DNA of 64,000 bases. Origin: Octopus sinensis (taxonomy: Eukaryota). Where the stretch lies: positions 47,061-111,060 of the forward strand of contig NW_021832592.1 in assembly GCF_006345805.1 (NCBI RefSeq), written 5' to 3'. Of this stretch, positions 1 to 12,197 are shown piece by piece. The notes under the pieces were generated by a model that ran no database searches, was not told the origin of the DNA, and saw only the letters and a list, made by a program, of their open reading frames with translations. Made by a program: the position numbers and the translations under genes. Positions within the stretch are counted from its first letter, which is position 1; every line of letters begins with the position of its first letter.

Positions 1-2110
1 TTTTTAGAGTTTTATTTAGGTGAAGGTTAGAGTTGACAATGCAATCCGACATCACTAAGTCTATGACAAATAAGTATTTATCCGTCCGTGTAGTCACTCG
101 TGTTGTATATCTCTCTGTATCAGTGCTATCCGATTATGCAAAGTTGTAGTGAGCATTGCAAAGGTGTGTAGGGTTATATTTGGGTTTATCAGATGTAGAC
201 ACAGAGAGCGAGTCATCAAATGTGTATTTCACAAGTGAGCATTTCTGGGGATTGGGCTGTTTAAACAATCGTTAAGTACGACCGTCATTAAAATGGGGAG
301 AGTGATTGAATGTTGATTAGTTGTCATGATGTATGTATGGGTAGTATGTAAGCAAAAACGAATAGTGGCTATGACCAACTTACTGTGAGGGAAGTAATCG
401 AATGGTTGGATGTGTTTCTGAAATGTGGGATTCACAACACTGTCTTAACCAGGAGGACTTCTAAGAAACTTTCCCAGAAGGTTGTTTGCTTGTAGAAGCG
501 AATGGACGGGCCGTTGCGACAGGGAAATCGACCCCGTAAGCCAAATAACCCGGAGGGACACACGAGAACACGTGCATAAGGGGATAGCCAATTGGCCGAG
601 GTCACGAGAAGGCGGGGATTATGCAATGGAGATCGTATCACGGTCGAACTGCAATAAGTGGCTGACCCGCCAACGGTAACCCGTTAACGCCGGTCCGCCT
701 TTTCCTGCGGTGTGAAATGCGTAATTCTGTAGTATAATATAGTCCAGGATCTCCTCAAAGAAAAGATAGCAATGAAAGGTAAGACATCTATCGAAAGCCG
801 GAAAGCGGCCTGTCCCTGCTATAGGACATTTGAGGGTAACATGGGCACCATAGCAGTCGTAAGTAATGTTTTAGTAGCGGTCTTACCACCGAGTCTAACC
901 TAAAATTGATTATTGGGAGAATCTACCGGAAATCCCATGAAACGTCAACATATAAATACTGCAATTGTTTGCTGATTCCATACACAGTGTATCGAGCTAA
1001 GTGCAATGTAAATTGGTACATGGGCTGACTGCATTAACTGAGTTCAAATATCGCCCTGACTTCGGCCCACTTTGAATGCAGTAAGCAAAAACGCAGTATT
1101 TTCATTGTCAAAGTTTCAAGGGATTTACAGTACTGCAGTCAGTATGTGGGTTTCAAAACCTTGAAGTGTTTTTCAACGCAGAAACGCAGTGATTCCCGTC
1201 TAGGAATGAACAGTGTCTAAGAATGGATTTGGGTGCACAATTATAAACATTGGACTTGGCAAGAACTAAAAAGTTAGTGCTCCAAATGGCGTAGTTTAGC
1301 ATTAGTATGTTTGAATAAAAGTTTGGCAACAGAAGTTTGTAACGTAGTAGTGCACTGAGCCCCGGCAAAGGATGACTTTTGTTTAATTAAGTGCGCCATG
1401 TTACGACCTGGTGGCCAATATCCGAATTCACAGAATTAACGTGGAATGGGTGAATTTAAAACAACACAACACCATGATTTCTTTATAAAACTATTATTAA
1501 TCATCAACATAAAAACAGCTTACAACAAATATATATACAAACAGCCAAGGCTACACCAAACGTGCAGTCAAAAGTTACAAGGGTAACATATATACACAGT
1601 TCAGAAGTTCTGACTCCATATCTTGGTTTTTCAAAAGTAGCTTTCCAAAAATTTTGGGTTTCATAAAATCCAGATTTCCAGTTTTGTAAACATTCGGTTT
1701 TCAAACTTTGGATTTCGACAGTAGATTTCGAACCGTGACTTCATAAAATCTGTCTATCAATTCGGTGTTAAACCTTGAGTTTCGAACCTTGGAATGTTAT
1801 AAACTTTGTATTTCAATTCGTTGTTCAACCTTGGGTTCCGAACCTTGGAATGTAGAATGTTGGATTTCGATATGACACAGAAAATTTTTTAACTGACAAG
1901 CAAAAAGTTCTGGCGAATTCCTGGAGCATAAAATAATTTCACAAATGTCTAACACAAAGCACAAAATGCAGAAACTAAATAGGCAATCACAGCTTCCAGA
2001 ATCCAATTGAACCTTGTCTCACAGAAAAACTGTCACCAAAACTGGGTGTACAATTATCTCACACGCCCTACCACAATGCAGGGTTCAAAGTTCACATGAA
2101 TATTATAACA
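1..2110 (-). mobile_element. Probable LTR retrotransposon 5' end: LTR 2110->1399, PBS-like site, internal leader running off the window
   Basis: Minus strand TGTTA (2110)...TAACA (1399) inverted termini followed directly by TGGCGCAC; degenerate TTTCGAACCTTGG repeats in the putative U3; no gag/pol visible. Confidence 0.45.
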
Positions 2111-2176
2111 TAGCTTAAAAGATTTTTGTACTTACTCATATTATTTTAAAACGGACAGGCAAAAAGTTTATTAGAC

Positions 2177-2572
2177 GCATGCGTGGCAGTGTGGTAAGAA
2201 GTTTGCTTCCTAACCACATGGTTCCGGGTTCAGTCTTACTATGTGACACCTTGAGCAAGTGTCTTCTTCTATAACCTCGGGACGACCAAAAACCTTGTGA
2301 GTGGATTTGGTGGTCGGAAACGGAAAGAAGCTGTCATATAATATATATCCACGGATGTGTCTTTGTGTCTGTGTTTGTTCTCCCACCCTCAGTTTGACAA
2401 CCAGTGTTGGCGTGCTTACGTCCTCATAACTTAGCAGTTCGCCAAAAGAATCAGAATAAATACCAGGCTAAAAACAAATAAGAACTGAGCTCTATTCATT
2501 CGACTAAAATTGTTCAATGTGGTGCCCGGCATGGCCACAATCTAATGACTGAAACAAGTAAAAGATAAAAGA
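2177..2572 (+). mobile_element. tRNA-derived SINE family A (octopus-type), diverged
   Basis: Head TGGCAGTGTGGTAAG...GGTTCAGTC, CCTTGAGCAAGT core, tail TGACTGAAACAAGTAAAAGA; many copies in window. Confidence 0.85.
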
Positions 2573-2748
2573 TTATTATATTTTTAAAGTCATTATCATA
2601 TTTTAAAATCATTATTATTATTATTAAAAAGAGCGCGACTGTTATTGGTAATAAATAGAGATTGACTCTATTTATTACCAACAACAGTCGCATTCTTCTT
2701 ATTGTTTCTAACAGTATCTTTACCTTCGTGGAGAGTAACTTCAGTCTT

Positions 2749-2802
<54 letters not shown>

Positions 2803-2940
2803 TATGTTTGACTTTTGCTTTATGTCTGTACAAGTTGGCTCCAAGTCTCACCCAGAGACCTCAAGAGACAACAGGTTGGAAGTTCTGTGCCATATATTTG
2901 GTTTTTTTTTTTTTGGTGTTGTACTAGTGAATGTCTAATA
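2803..2940 (-). mobile_element. 3' tail of an R4/Dong-like LINE inside (TAA)n
   Basis: Short non-coding piece GAGGTCTCTGGGTGAGACTTGG...AAAAGTCAAACA running into a (TAA)n array; family assignment from recollection of such tails. Confidence 0.5.
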
Positions 2941-3099
2941 CATAAAAATAAAAAAAATAAAAAAAATAAAAAAAATAAATAAAAATAAGAATTTTAAAAA
3001 AGTTATTGTTATTATTATTATTATATTATTATTAGTTGTTGTTGTTAGGCTCTTATAGAAGTATTTTGATGAATTCATGTTAAGTTTTGAATTTTATTC

Positions 3100-3165
3100 T
3101 TAAATACTCTCATAGCTACTTCTTGACGATGATTTGACTTTAGAAAACGTGTAAGAGAATCCGTC
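3100..3165 (-). CDS. Exon 7 (last) of MRH/ATG27-like gene
   Basis: ttttcag|DGFSYTFSKVKSSSRSSYESI-TAA; DG continues the family motif, C-terminal YxxPhi (YESI); AATAAA directly after the stop. Confidence 0.88.
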   Translation of the reverse strand, partial: DGFSYTFSKVKSSSRSSYESI

Positions 3166-3314
3166 CTGAAAATTAGAGAAGAAAATGGAAGATAAAACGC
3201 AACAGATAGAATATAATGCCAAGTTCCAATTCGAATCTACATTGAATAGTATGATATGAATATCACTTCACAATGAACTGCTTAATCTTTTACTATTTCT
3301 ACTAAATTTAAGAT

Positions 3315-3450
3315 GTACAAGGGGGTACTGAAAAGTTCCTGGCCTTGAGTAGAAGAAAACACTGGAGGATTAGTTAATTATGATTTTATTCAACATATTC
3401 CCCCTCTCAGATTCACACACTTATTGCAGCGGTTCTTTTTACCTTTGTAA
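3315..3450. mobile_element. Mariner-like TIR fragment
   Basis: TACAAGGGGGTACTGAAAAGTTCCTGGC resembles mariner termini; partner TIR not found. Confidence 0.5.
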
Positions 3451-3473
3451 GAGAATATATATATATATATATA

Positions 3474-3766
3474 GGCTCACGATTGTAAGGTCGTGAGTTC
3501 GATTCCCGGCGACGCGTCTTGTCCTTGAGCAAGACACTTTATTTCACGTTGCTCCAGTTCACTCAGCTGGCAAAAATGAGTCGTACCTGTATTTCAAAGG
3601 GCCGGCCTTGTCACACTTTGTGTCACACTGAATCTCCCTGAGAACTACGTTAGGGGTGCGCGTGTCTGTGGATTGCTCAGTCACTTGCACGTTAATTACA
3701 TGAGCAGGCTGTTCCGTTGATCGTATCAGCTGGGGCCCTCGTCGTCGTAACCGAGGGAGTGCTCCT
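3474..3766 (+). mobile_element. tRNA-derived SINE, 5'-truncated, between (TA)n tracts
   Basis: B-box GAGTTCGATTCCC, then GTCCTTGAGCAAGACACTTT and CACTCAGCTGGCAAAAATGAG shared with the copy at 13407-13650. Confidence 0.8.
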
Positions 3767-3771
3767 TATAT

Positions 3772-3813
<42 letters not shown>

Positions 3814-4142
3814 ATATCTGTTGCAAAAAGTTAAGTAAATCTTTTATTGTGTTGTCAACAAGTAAAATTAGAGGATAAACCGATTAATCGACCATAACAT
3901 TTCCAGCATTAGTAATTCCTTCTATTATTGGCATAAGGCCTGAAGTTTGCGGGAGGGGGCTTGTTGATTACATCGCACCCCAATGTTCAAATGATACTTA
4001 TTTTATCGACCCCGAAAGAACGAAAGGCAACGTCGACTCCAGCGCCACTTGAACTTAGAACGTGAAATGAGAAGAAATGCCTTTATGCATTCTTTTCTAT
4101 GCAGTAGAAAGGTCACCGTTCAATAGGTACTTAGATATTTAT

Positions 4143-4370
4143 TTCTTTACTACCCACAAGGGGCTAAACACAGAGGGGACAAACGAGGACAGACAAAGGG
4201 ATTAAGTCGATTATATCGATCCCAGTGCGTAACTAGTACTTAATTTATCGACCCCGAGAGGATGAAAGGCAAAGTCGACCTCGGCGGAATTTGAACTCGA
4301 AACGTAACGACAGACGAAATACGGTTACGCATTTCGCCCGGCGTGCTAACGTTTCTGCCAGCTCGCCGCC
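4143..4370 (-). mobile_element. tRNA-derived SINE family B (decayed relatives at ~3916-4095, 12475-12650, 16225-16338)
   Basis: Minus strand GGCGGCGAGCTGGCAGAAACGTTAGC (A box)...GAGTTCAAATTCC (B box)...GTCGACTTTGCCTTTCATCC. Confidence 0.85.
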
Positions 4371-5433
4371 TATAGGTACTTAGATATTAAGATTGGAACA
4401 AGTCTGTGGGAACGATTTAATTGACCAATGTACTTAAGTGGTACTCTTTAGAGAGATGAAAGGAAAAGTAAACTACAACAGATTTTCAAATTAGGAGCAT
4501 AAAGAAACAAAAGCCTTTTGTTCGACGTTTTAACGATTATGTTGCTAATCTACTGCCATTTTGCTCATAGCAAATTAACGCTACTGCTGATCAACTACTA
4601 CTTGACTAAGAGCGAATTAACGATATTGCCAACCCACTTCCTTTTCATTAAAAGCGATTATAATTCAAACATTAATTCCAGATGTTGAATTAATGACTAA
4701 TGCCATATTTCATCGGTAAGAGATCAGAGTTGTCTTAGCAGCATTATAAGCACCCGGGCAAATCGATGCATTGGGTTTTATTGTATTTATTTATTGACAG
4801 CAAACCACATCGCATATAAATCAGAATTGGGCCCCTAGATTCAGTGTGTCCATGCTGTAAGACGGCACTGCAGGAGACAACTAAGCAAAAAGAAAAGAAT
4901 GGTGAAATATAATTAGTAAATCTAACCAGTAGTTATGCAGAGAGGGGAATATTTATTGCATATTTGATGTAAATAAAGCGCTATCCAAGGACATTTCCAA
5001 AGCAGCGGGTGAAAAAAAAAACGAGAAATTACTGTACTCTATCGAATACAAACAATAAACAAGGAATTAATTGCCGAGTATTGTTGTTAAACATTGTAAA
5101 ATATTTATTTCCTTTGTAAGAAACGATGTATTTAAGGAATTAGACTAGAAAAGTTAATGACAGCATAGGAATTAGAAGCACAAATAATCGTTTAATACTA
5201 ATAAATCTCTCCGAAGTTGACGTTGTATATTAACTTGTGTATTATCCTCTCAAGTTTAATGCAATAAATACCAGTTAAATACTGAGGTCTACAAAATCTA
5301 TTTTTCTTCACCTAAGTGACATTGTGGTTGAGAAATCAATACTGACAAACATCAAAATAAACGTAGATTGACTAAAGCAATTTCAAACTCGAACCGCTTC
5401 ATATTCTATTCAACAGGAGTGGCGCAGGAGTGG

Positions 5434-5762
5434 CTGTGTGGTAAGTAGCTTGCTAACCAACCACATGGTTCCGGGTTCAGTCCCACTGCGTGGCATCTTC
5501 TGCTATATCCCTGTGCCGACCAATGCCTTGTGAGTGGATTTGGTAGACGGAAACTGAAAGACGCCTGTCGTATATATGTATATATATATATGTATATGTG
5601 TTTACGTCCCCGTCACCTAGCAGTTCGGCAAAAGAGACCGATAGAATAAGTACTGGGCTTACAAAGAATAAGTCCCGGGGTCGATTTGCTCGACTAAAGG
5701 CGGTGCTCCAGTATGGCCGAAGTCAAATGACTGAAACAACTAAAAAAGTAAAAAAGTAAAGT
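5434..5762 (+). mobile_element. SINE family A
   Basis: GGCGCAGGAGTGGCTGTGTGGTAAG head to CAAATGACTGAAAC tail, internal microsatellite. Confidence 0.9.
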
Positions 5763-5908
5763 AATACACACACACACACACACACACTACATGCACATAC
5801 ACGCACGCACGCACGAACGCATGCACGAACACACACGTACACACATTTACAGACAGACAGCGCAAATTTAATCTGCAGAATATTTTCTAAATAAAATGTT
5901 GAAGTTAC

Positions 5909-6035
5909 CTTTATAAGAGAACCCAATTTGCTCCAAAGTGTAACATTCGGGCATCGTTCCATTCCAGTCGAGTTTAGGTAAAACGAAGTGACCAGGCAAC
6001 CTCCCACAAGGTATACAATTATAATTGAAAATGTA
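5909..6035 (-). CDS. Exon 6 of MRH/ATG27-like gene (TM and juxtamembrane tail)
   Basis: tttttcag|TFSIIIVYLVGGCLVTSFYLNSTGMERCPNVTLWSKLGSLIK|gtaact; matches the VYxxxG...GxExxPNxxxW pattern of CD-M6PR/ATG27 tails; 127 nt. Confidence 0.9.
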
Positions 6036-7973
6036 CTGAAAAATAATCGTTTCAAACATTGATATTTTCAAAGAAGTTGTTTTCTAAAGCTGTATGCAAA
6101 TTATACACATTTACTTTGTACGCATGTAGAGATGACAGAATCCATTATACGTATCTACAGAAGAGTTAAAGCAGTTCATCTTCGATAAGTCGGCCACTGT
6201 GAAACATTTCCTAATGAAGAATATAGACACAATACTACGATTGTGACTTTGTTTTCAAACAATAGCTCAAAAATGACATTTTCCAATGTTTAATAAAGAA
6301 TTTGGTTGCTATATCCGGCAAGTTGAATAAGCACACAAAAAACTTCCTCACTCATAGTCATTGTCTGTAGAGCACCCCACTAGTGACAAAATATGAAACA
6401 GACTAAGAACAGCGGGCAATTCGGCTGGTAGCATTGACACATTATTTTCGATGCCAAAGTTATTGGAATTATTTAAGGGTGACTTTGCGGTGCTGAATCT
6501 GAAAATGACATTAGTTTCCCTACATTGGCACTAATTTTTGACATGTTTAAAGGCCCTATATTTGAGAATTCACAACACTTAGCCTTCCAAGCCCCTCTTA
6601 TTTTTATGATACAGTTGTGCCTGAATTGATATTTAGGTATTGGGTCATTTAATTAATTGCATATTACATAATGGAATTTAAAATATTTGTAGTTTTATTA
6701 AAGCATGTTGACACAAAATGATCATTCTGACATAAAATGCCAAAACATGTATACATTGTAACATTAAAAAACTAACAAAAATTAATCACAAAATATTTGA
6801 TGACATCTTAAACTAATAATTTTCACGACAATACAATAGCATCGACTAATTAAGAATATTAAAATATATACGTCCTTCATGTTCATATGATTTTCTTTTG
6901 TGTAGCGTAGCAGGACAATAATCGGAATGTTCCAACAGTAGTCCTGCCATTATATGTATTCCATTTCTACCTTGATAGCTTTCCATCATCGTTATATCGT
7001 GGTGGAACTTTACCTTTTGTTCGTCACATAAATCTCAAAAAGTTAATTGGAAATTAGTCCAACTGCCTATGGATGGAGTGTACTTTTATGTCCATATTAC
7101 TCGCAGCACTCATACTGTTATTGAGCACCTTTTCCATAATTCTTCACAATTGTCTGCTTACTTGTCACCCAAGAAGTTTTCAATAACTGAGGTGTAACTA
7201 CACCAAGTAGAAACTTCCATATCATTCATATATTTCTGAAAACTAGTATCTTTGGTAAGTTTACAAATATGATCAGCAGTAGATATTCTACTTTTGATAC
7301 AAACGCACTTGAAGCAATCACCATCTCTTTTCAAAGCTTTAACAAATTGTTTCATCAGTCCCAAATAAATATGGAGGACAGGAAGAATGATATTTTCTCT
7401 TTGAGCCAATAGCCCATTAAAGGATGTTCAGTCTCCCTATGGTTATTCTATCTATTGAAGGCCATGTTACGTTTTTCAATTGATCTTGCTTTGCTCTCTT
7501 GCCCCACAAGCATTTGAAGCAAAGATATTTTGTGTTCCTACTTTGCTATCCCAGCAAGAAATTCTCTATCTTTGAGTCAACGTGAATAGACCACCGACGC
7601 TCATGATAACAGAGTCCTTGAAAGACAATTATGTTCTTTATATTGTCTGACCAATTGGTAACGATACATAACAGTTTCCATAGTGAAATAAAATACATTT
7701 CAAACTTCAGGTGGCTCTTTCTCTTTCTCATTCACTCCCTTTACCTCTCTCTGTATATACTTATAGTCGACAATCTAGTTGTTACATTTCGAGAAAAGTT
7801 CAGCTATGTTATTTCCGTAGACAACATCTTCGTGTTTGATAGAATAAGGAAGAAATGTCTCTTCTCTTTCTTCAAGGCTGTTATTTTAACTTGCATGTAG
7901 ACAGTTCTTTTCTTTTAGCCTGAATGCCAAAGTTTCAGTAGACTACTTTGAGAGACTGAGATCTTATTTCAGA

Positions 7974-9570
7974 CTAGCAGTATAACCCGGCCTTGCCCGG
8001 GATTAAGTTACGATTATTAAGTTAATCAAGTTCTTTATTTCAAACCAAACTAAGTAACATAGACGTCAAATTTGGGCGAAATCCGTTGAAATTAGTTATT
8101 ATTATATATAATATAATATAATATAAATAGACACGAACACACATACACACACGTACGTACGTACACCTATTGCATGTTTTGTGCACGCATACATGTTCAT
8201 AAACAGAAATGAATGGAAAAAATGTTGTTAAACTTGTAGATTAACACTCGCACAATTTTCACTAAGAAAAAAAAAATCGTTTTTTTTTTTTGCATGGAAC
8301 CAAATACTCTGGCCTCAAAACCCTTTTTGTGGACCGTGAAACGGAGTGGGGTGTGGTGGAAGCCTCGCAAATTGTACCCATTTATATTGTGTAATTCACT
8401 GACAAGTTGTTACTCACCTCTTTGCTTCTTTATTGTTAAATAAATGGATTGTCAACAGAACATTTTTTTACTCGGCGTAAAATAAAAACAAACTCTTTCG
8501 CACCCAAAGTAATGTGTGTGAGAGATGAACGATTTAAAATAAATAAATGATTTAGAATAAATATATTGTAATTCAATAATAAATCTCTGAGCGAGATATA
8601 AACAGTAACTGCTCTATAACATAAGGGGGATCAGCCATCTGAATGTGGCTAGGGACAGGGCGGGGTGGTGGGGGTGTTACTGATGCATTTAACCCCAGGC
8701 GATCATCGACGTCACCAGAAGGGCTGACACCATCTCGGTGTCCTTGCCAGCCTGCAAAGGGAGATCAGCCTCCCCGAAGATACGGATACTACATACGGAC
8801 CGGTAACGGTGCTTACCATGCGTTGATAAGAGGCAAATACCTCGAAACCGGTCCGTATGTAGGCTGGCAAGGACACCGAGATGGTGTCAGCCCTTCTGGT
8901 GACGTCGATGATCGCCTGGGGCTAAATGCATCAGTAACACCCCCACCACCCCGCCCTGTCCCTAGCCACATTCAGATGGCTGATCCCCCTTATGTTATAT
9001 TGTAATTGTTGTGTGAGAAAGTATATATACTATGATTATAAAATATAGTGTGCCTTTCAAAAACACAAAACAAAACATTTTACATTTTATTTTTATGAAC
9101 GTAGTCACTTACTCTCTCTCTCTCTTTCTCTCTCTCACTTTGTCTTTCCCGTGAAACTCTCTGCCTCCTTCTTCCACATTTCTTTATCTTATTTTTTTTT
9201 TGTTAGACGCCGTCAAAAAAGCAATGGCTCTCTCTCTCCCTCTCTCACTTTGTCTTTCCCGTGAAACTCTCTGCCTCCTTTTCCCACTTTTCTTTATCGT
9301 ATTTTCTTTCGTTAGACGCCATCAAAAAAGCTATGGCTGATATTTTTTATGGCTAAAAGCTATGGTTGAAAATAGATTTTTACCTTATCCGCGGGTGCCT
9401 CCGGAAAAAAATAAGTTGACAAAACCTAGATAGGATGTTGACGAATGTCCTCCTAAAATTTGAGCGAAATGCTTGCTAATTTGTGGATGAGCATAAATTG
9501 CAATCACGTACACACACACACACACACACACACCACACACACACACACACACGCACACACATCATGCCTA
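7974..9570 (-). mobile_element. Non-autonomous Helitron
   Basis: Minus-strand 3' end CCCGG-GCAAGG-CCGGG hairpin, short spacer, CTAG|T; splits the Chapaev-like transposase between PKLFSKKE and DLSLSK; internal ~110-bp tandem duplication at 9130-9340. 5' end unclear. Confidence 0.75.
8615..8999 (+). mobile_element. Fold-back PLE terminal-repeat fragment with hammerhead-like motif (8817-8859)
   Basis: ~140-bp near-perfect inverted arms ending in TATA; spacer holds CATGCG-TTGATAA-GAGG caaata CCTC-GAAACCGGTC-CGTATG. Confidence 0.75.
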
Positions 9571-11231
9571 TTTTTTTCCTTTTTTGAGAACAGTTTTGGT
9601 ATCAAAAAACTTATTATTCATAATTATTTTCCAAGCTACCATGTGTGGTAGACATTAAGCTTTGCATTTCTTCAACATCTGACAAGCGATGGTCAGGTAG
9701 AGACGCAAGTACCAGCATGAGAGCTTCCCTAGTATGTAGATTTGCAGATTCCAAATCAGGATATTCCTATGTAATTTTATAGTAATTGAAGCTTTTCATA
9801 TTAACAGTACAAAATAACAATCATTCGTAGGGATTTTACGGATCTCACCACACGATAGGCACTCCGACGTTAATTTTTTTCTTTTGTCTTTGGGCCATTG
9901 CCGAAAGGAATTTACTTAGATTTTGAATACATTATGGAGAACTCATGACTTAACTTGATATCCAAACTTTTCTCCAAAATAAGAAAGATATGCTTGCTTA
10001 CAAAATCAATGATATTTTTTTCTATGCTTTTCTCTAGTATATTCACTACAGATACAACAGAAAACATTTTATTTATTCAAGCAGGTTCTTTATGATGAAC
10101 TCATCTTTACTAGTTTATTACCTGCCATAATTAAGAATTATTAAATGAAAGAGATAATTTTAAATTTAGTTTTGCAATAAAAAATAAATAATATTGTAGA
10201 AGAGTAAAATATGTAGATAAAAACACTACAGCATCTAGCAAATATATTGAGAAAATATAGCGTAGCCACTTGGAATATGGGAGCTCCATATTTGATAATA
10301 AACACTAAATCATTAATCTTTCGTTTGTCAAAGTACTATGATCTCTGACCAAACATTACTCCTAATCTACATTTTAACCTTGTTTTGAAATATCTCTGTA
10401 TATCGTATTAAGGTGACATAAGAGCTTAAGGTGAATCCATCATTTCAAAAACTGGAGTCAATCTGGTGAAACAATGCAATTTTTAAATTTAGGGCTCCCA
10501 AATTACCACAAATTCATTTAAATATTGTTGGCAACTGAAAAAGATAGTATTTTGCTGGCCAGTATAACTTTTTTTTTGAGATAACAAAGTAATTGTAATT
10601 CATTACAATATTGATAATAATGTCGCTTATTGATTTATATTAGAAACACTAATCTTCCTTGGAAGTTAATGAAAGAGCGTCTCCGATTACTATAATTCTA
10701 AAGACAATGTTTCTTGATTTAGTTTAAACTCAAAAAATCTATTTATACATGGTATTTGGGAACAAGGAAAATATCAGAAGGTAAAGCATGTCACCAAATA
10801 GAAAAAAATAAAACAATATATACTTAGAGAAAGACTGTGCACGTGCAGGTAGTTTCAACAAAAAAAAAAACCATTCAAAAAATTGTTCTGAACCTCATTG
10901 GCAGCCTCAACACACCGATATACGAGAACTAGATAACAATTGTCCCATGCCACTTACAGTATCCACGCATCTTTGACACCATGGAATTGCTAGACAGGTA
11001 TCCCAGTGATGATGTTGCAGACACAACTGTCCAGGAAGTTCAACTCAAGAGAGGAAAGAAGTCATATGATGTTCAAGGTACATAACAACACTTCTGCATC
11101 TTGGCGGGTATAAACTGCCATATGTTCTACACATAGGACTTGTACCTGATGTGCTTGTGCATTACATGCGGATTTCCATACCTTGAGCTGTACGATAATG
11201 AATCTCACAGATCTGCAGTTACTATCGATAT

Positions 11232-11631
11232 ACTCTTTTACTCTTTTATTTGTTTCAGTCATTTGACTGCGGCCATGCTGGAGCACCGCCTTTAATCGAG
11301 CAACTCGACCCCGAAACTTATTCTTTTTGTAAGCCTAGTACTTATTGTATCGGTCTCTGTTGCCGAACCGCTAAGTAACGGGGACATAAACACACCAGCA
11401 TCGGTTGTCAAGCAATGCTAGGGGGACAAACGCAGACACACAAACACACACACGCATATATATATATACATATATACGACGGGTTTCTTTCAGTTTCCGT
11501 TTACCAAATCCACTCACAAGGCTTTGGTCGGCCCGAGGCTATAGTAGAAGACACTTGCCCAAGGTGCCACGCAGTGGGACTGAACCCGGAACCATGTGTT
11601 TGGTAAACAAACTACTTACCACACAGCCACT
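11232..11631 (-). mobile_element. SINE family A
   Basis: Full-length reverse copy of the 5434/62634 family. Confidence 0.9.
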
Positions 11632-11666
11632 CTATGGACAAATAAAAAATTGACGTATACATTACG

Positions 11667-11821
11667 TTAAATCTAAACAATATGAGAGATCACTATGTGG
11701 ATTCCTTGTATGCTAAAAATAGACGTCAAGCCGTCTTACTGATTTAGTGGTAAGACGGTTTTCGTCTATTTTTAGCATACAAGACATCCACATAGTGATC
11801 TTTCATATTGTTTATATTTAA
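11667..11821. repeat. ~155-bp imperfect palindrome
   Basis: TAAACAATATGAGAGATCACTATGTGGA...TAGACG..CCGTCTTAC mirrored by GTAAGACGG..CGTCTA...TCCACATAGTGATCTTTCATATTGTTTA. Confidence 0.9.
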
Positions 11822-12105
11822 ATAGAATTCACGGTCCTCGGACATTTATAAATATGCTGACCACTAGTTGAAATTGATATTTTTATAATATTAATTTCTA
11901 CTCTAATTATTATGTTTAATTGTTTTCCATTTATTACTATTTTGCTCACAAATACACACGACATCGTATATTGCAGGTTTCAAATATCTTTATATTCTTT
12001 CTTTTATTTATTTACTCACCATAAATCTATAGACGGACAAAAGTCAACAGTGAGTGTTCCGCCAAACGGAAATTAGCTTGAATATGTGATAAACTTGACA
12101 CTTAC

Positions 12106-12197
12106 ACGATTGAGATTATACTTCCAGTAGAAAGCTTTTTTGGTTCAACAGGCACATGTGGTGTTTTTATATGACATGGTCCTGAATATTCAAAGCA
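12106..12197 (-). CDS. Exon 5 of MRH/ATG27-like gene (stalk and start of TM)
   Basis: ccaccacag|CFEYSGPCHIKTPHVPVEPKKLSTGSIISI(V)|gtaagt; LSTGSI is typical of the pre-TM segment in this family; 92 nt. Confidence 0.85.

Larger units (their letters stand above)
6440..10565 (-). mobile_element. Chapaev3-like (CMC) DNA transposon relic, interrupted by a Helitron
   Basis: Broken transposase: KQAYLSYFGEKFG, GVPIVW..NDCYFC, DLSLSK..LAFRLKEKN, LPVLHIYLGLMKQFVKAL; subterminal TGCTGAATCTGAAAATGAC. Family name from recollection of these motifs. Confidence 0.7.

Noticed and set aside
700-725. Resemblance to plasmid TTTCACACCGCA sequence
   Set aside because: Only about 12 nt; flanks are not vector-like.
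1600-1870. CRISPR-like short repeats
   Set aside because: Degenerate, irregular spacing, eukaryotic context, no cas genes.
8643-9005. 120-aa ORF
   Set aside because: By-product of a GC-rich inverted repeat; no recognisable domain.
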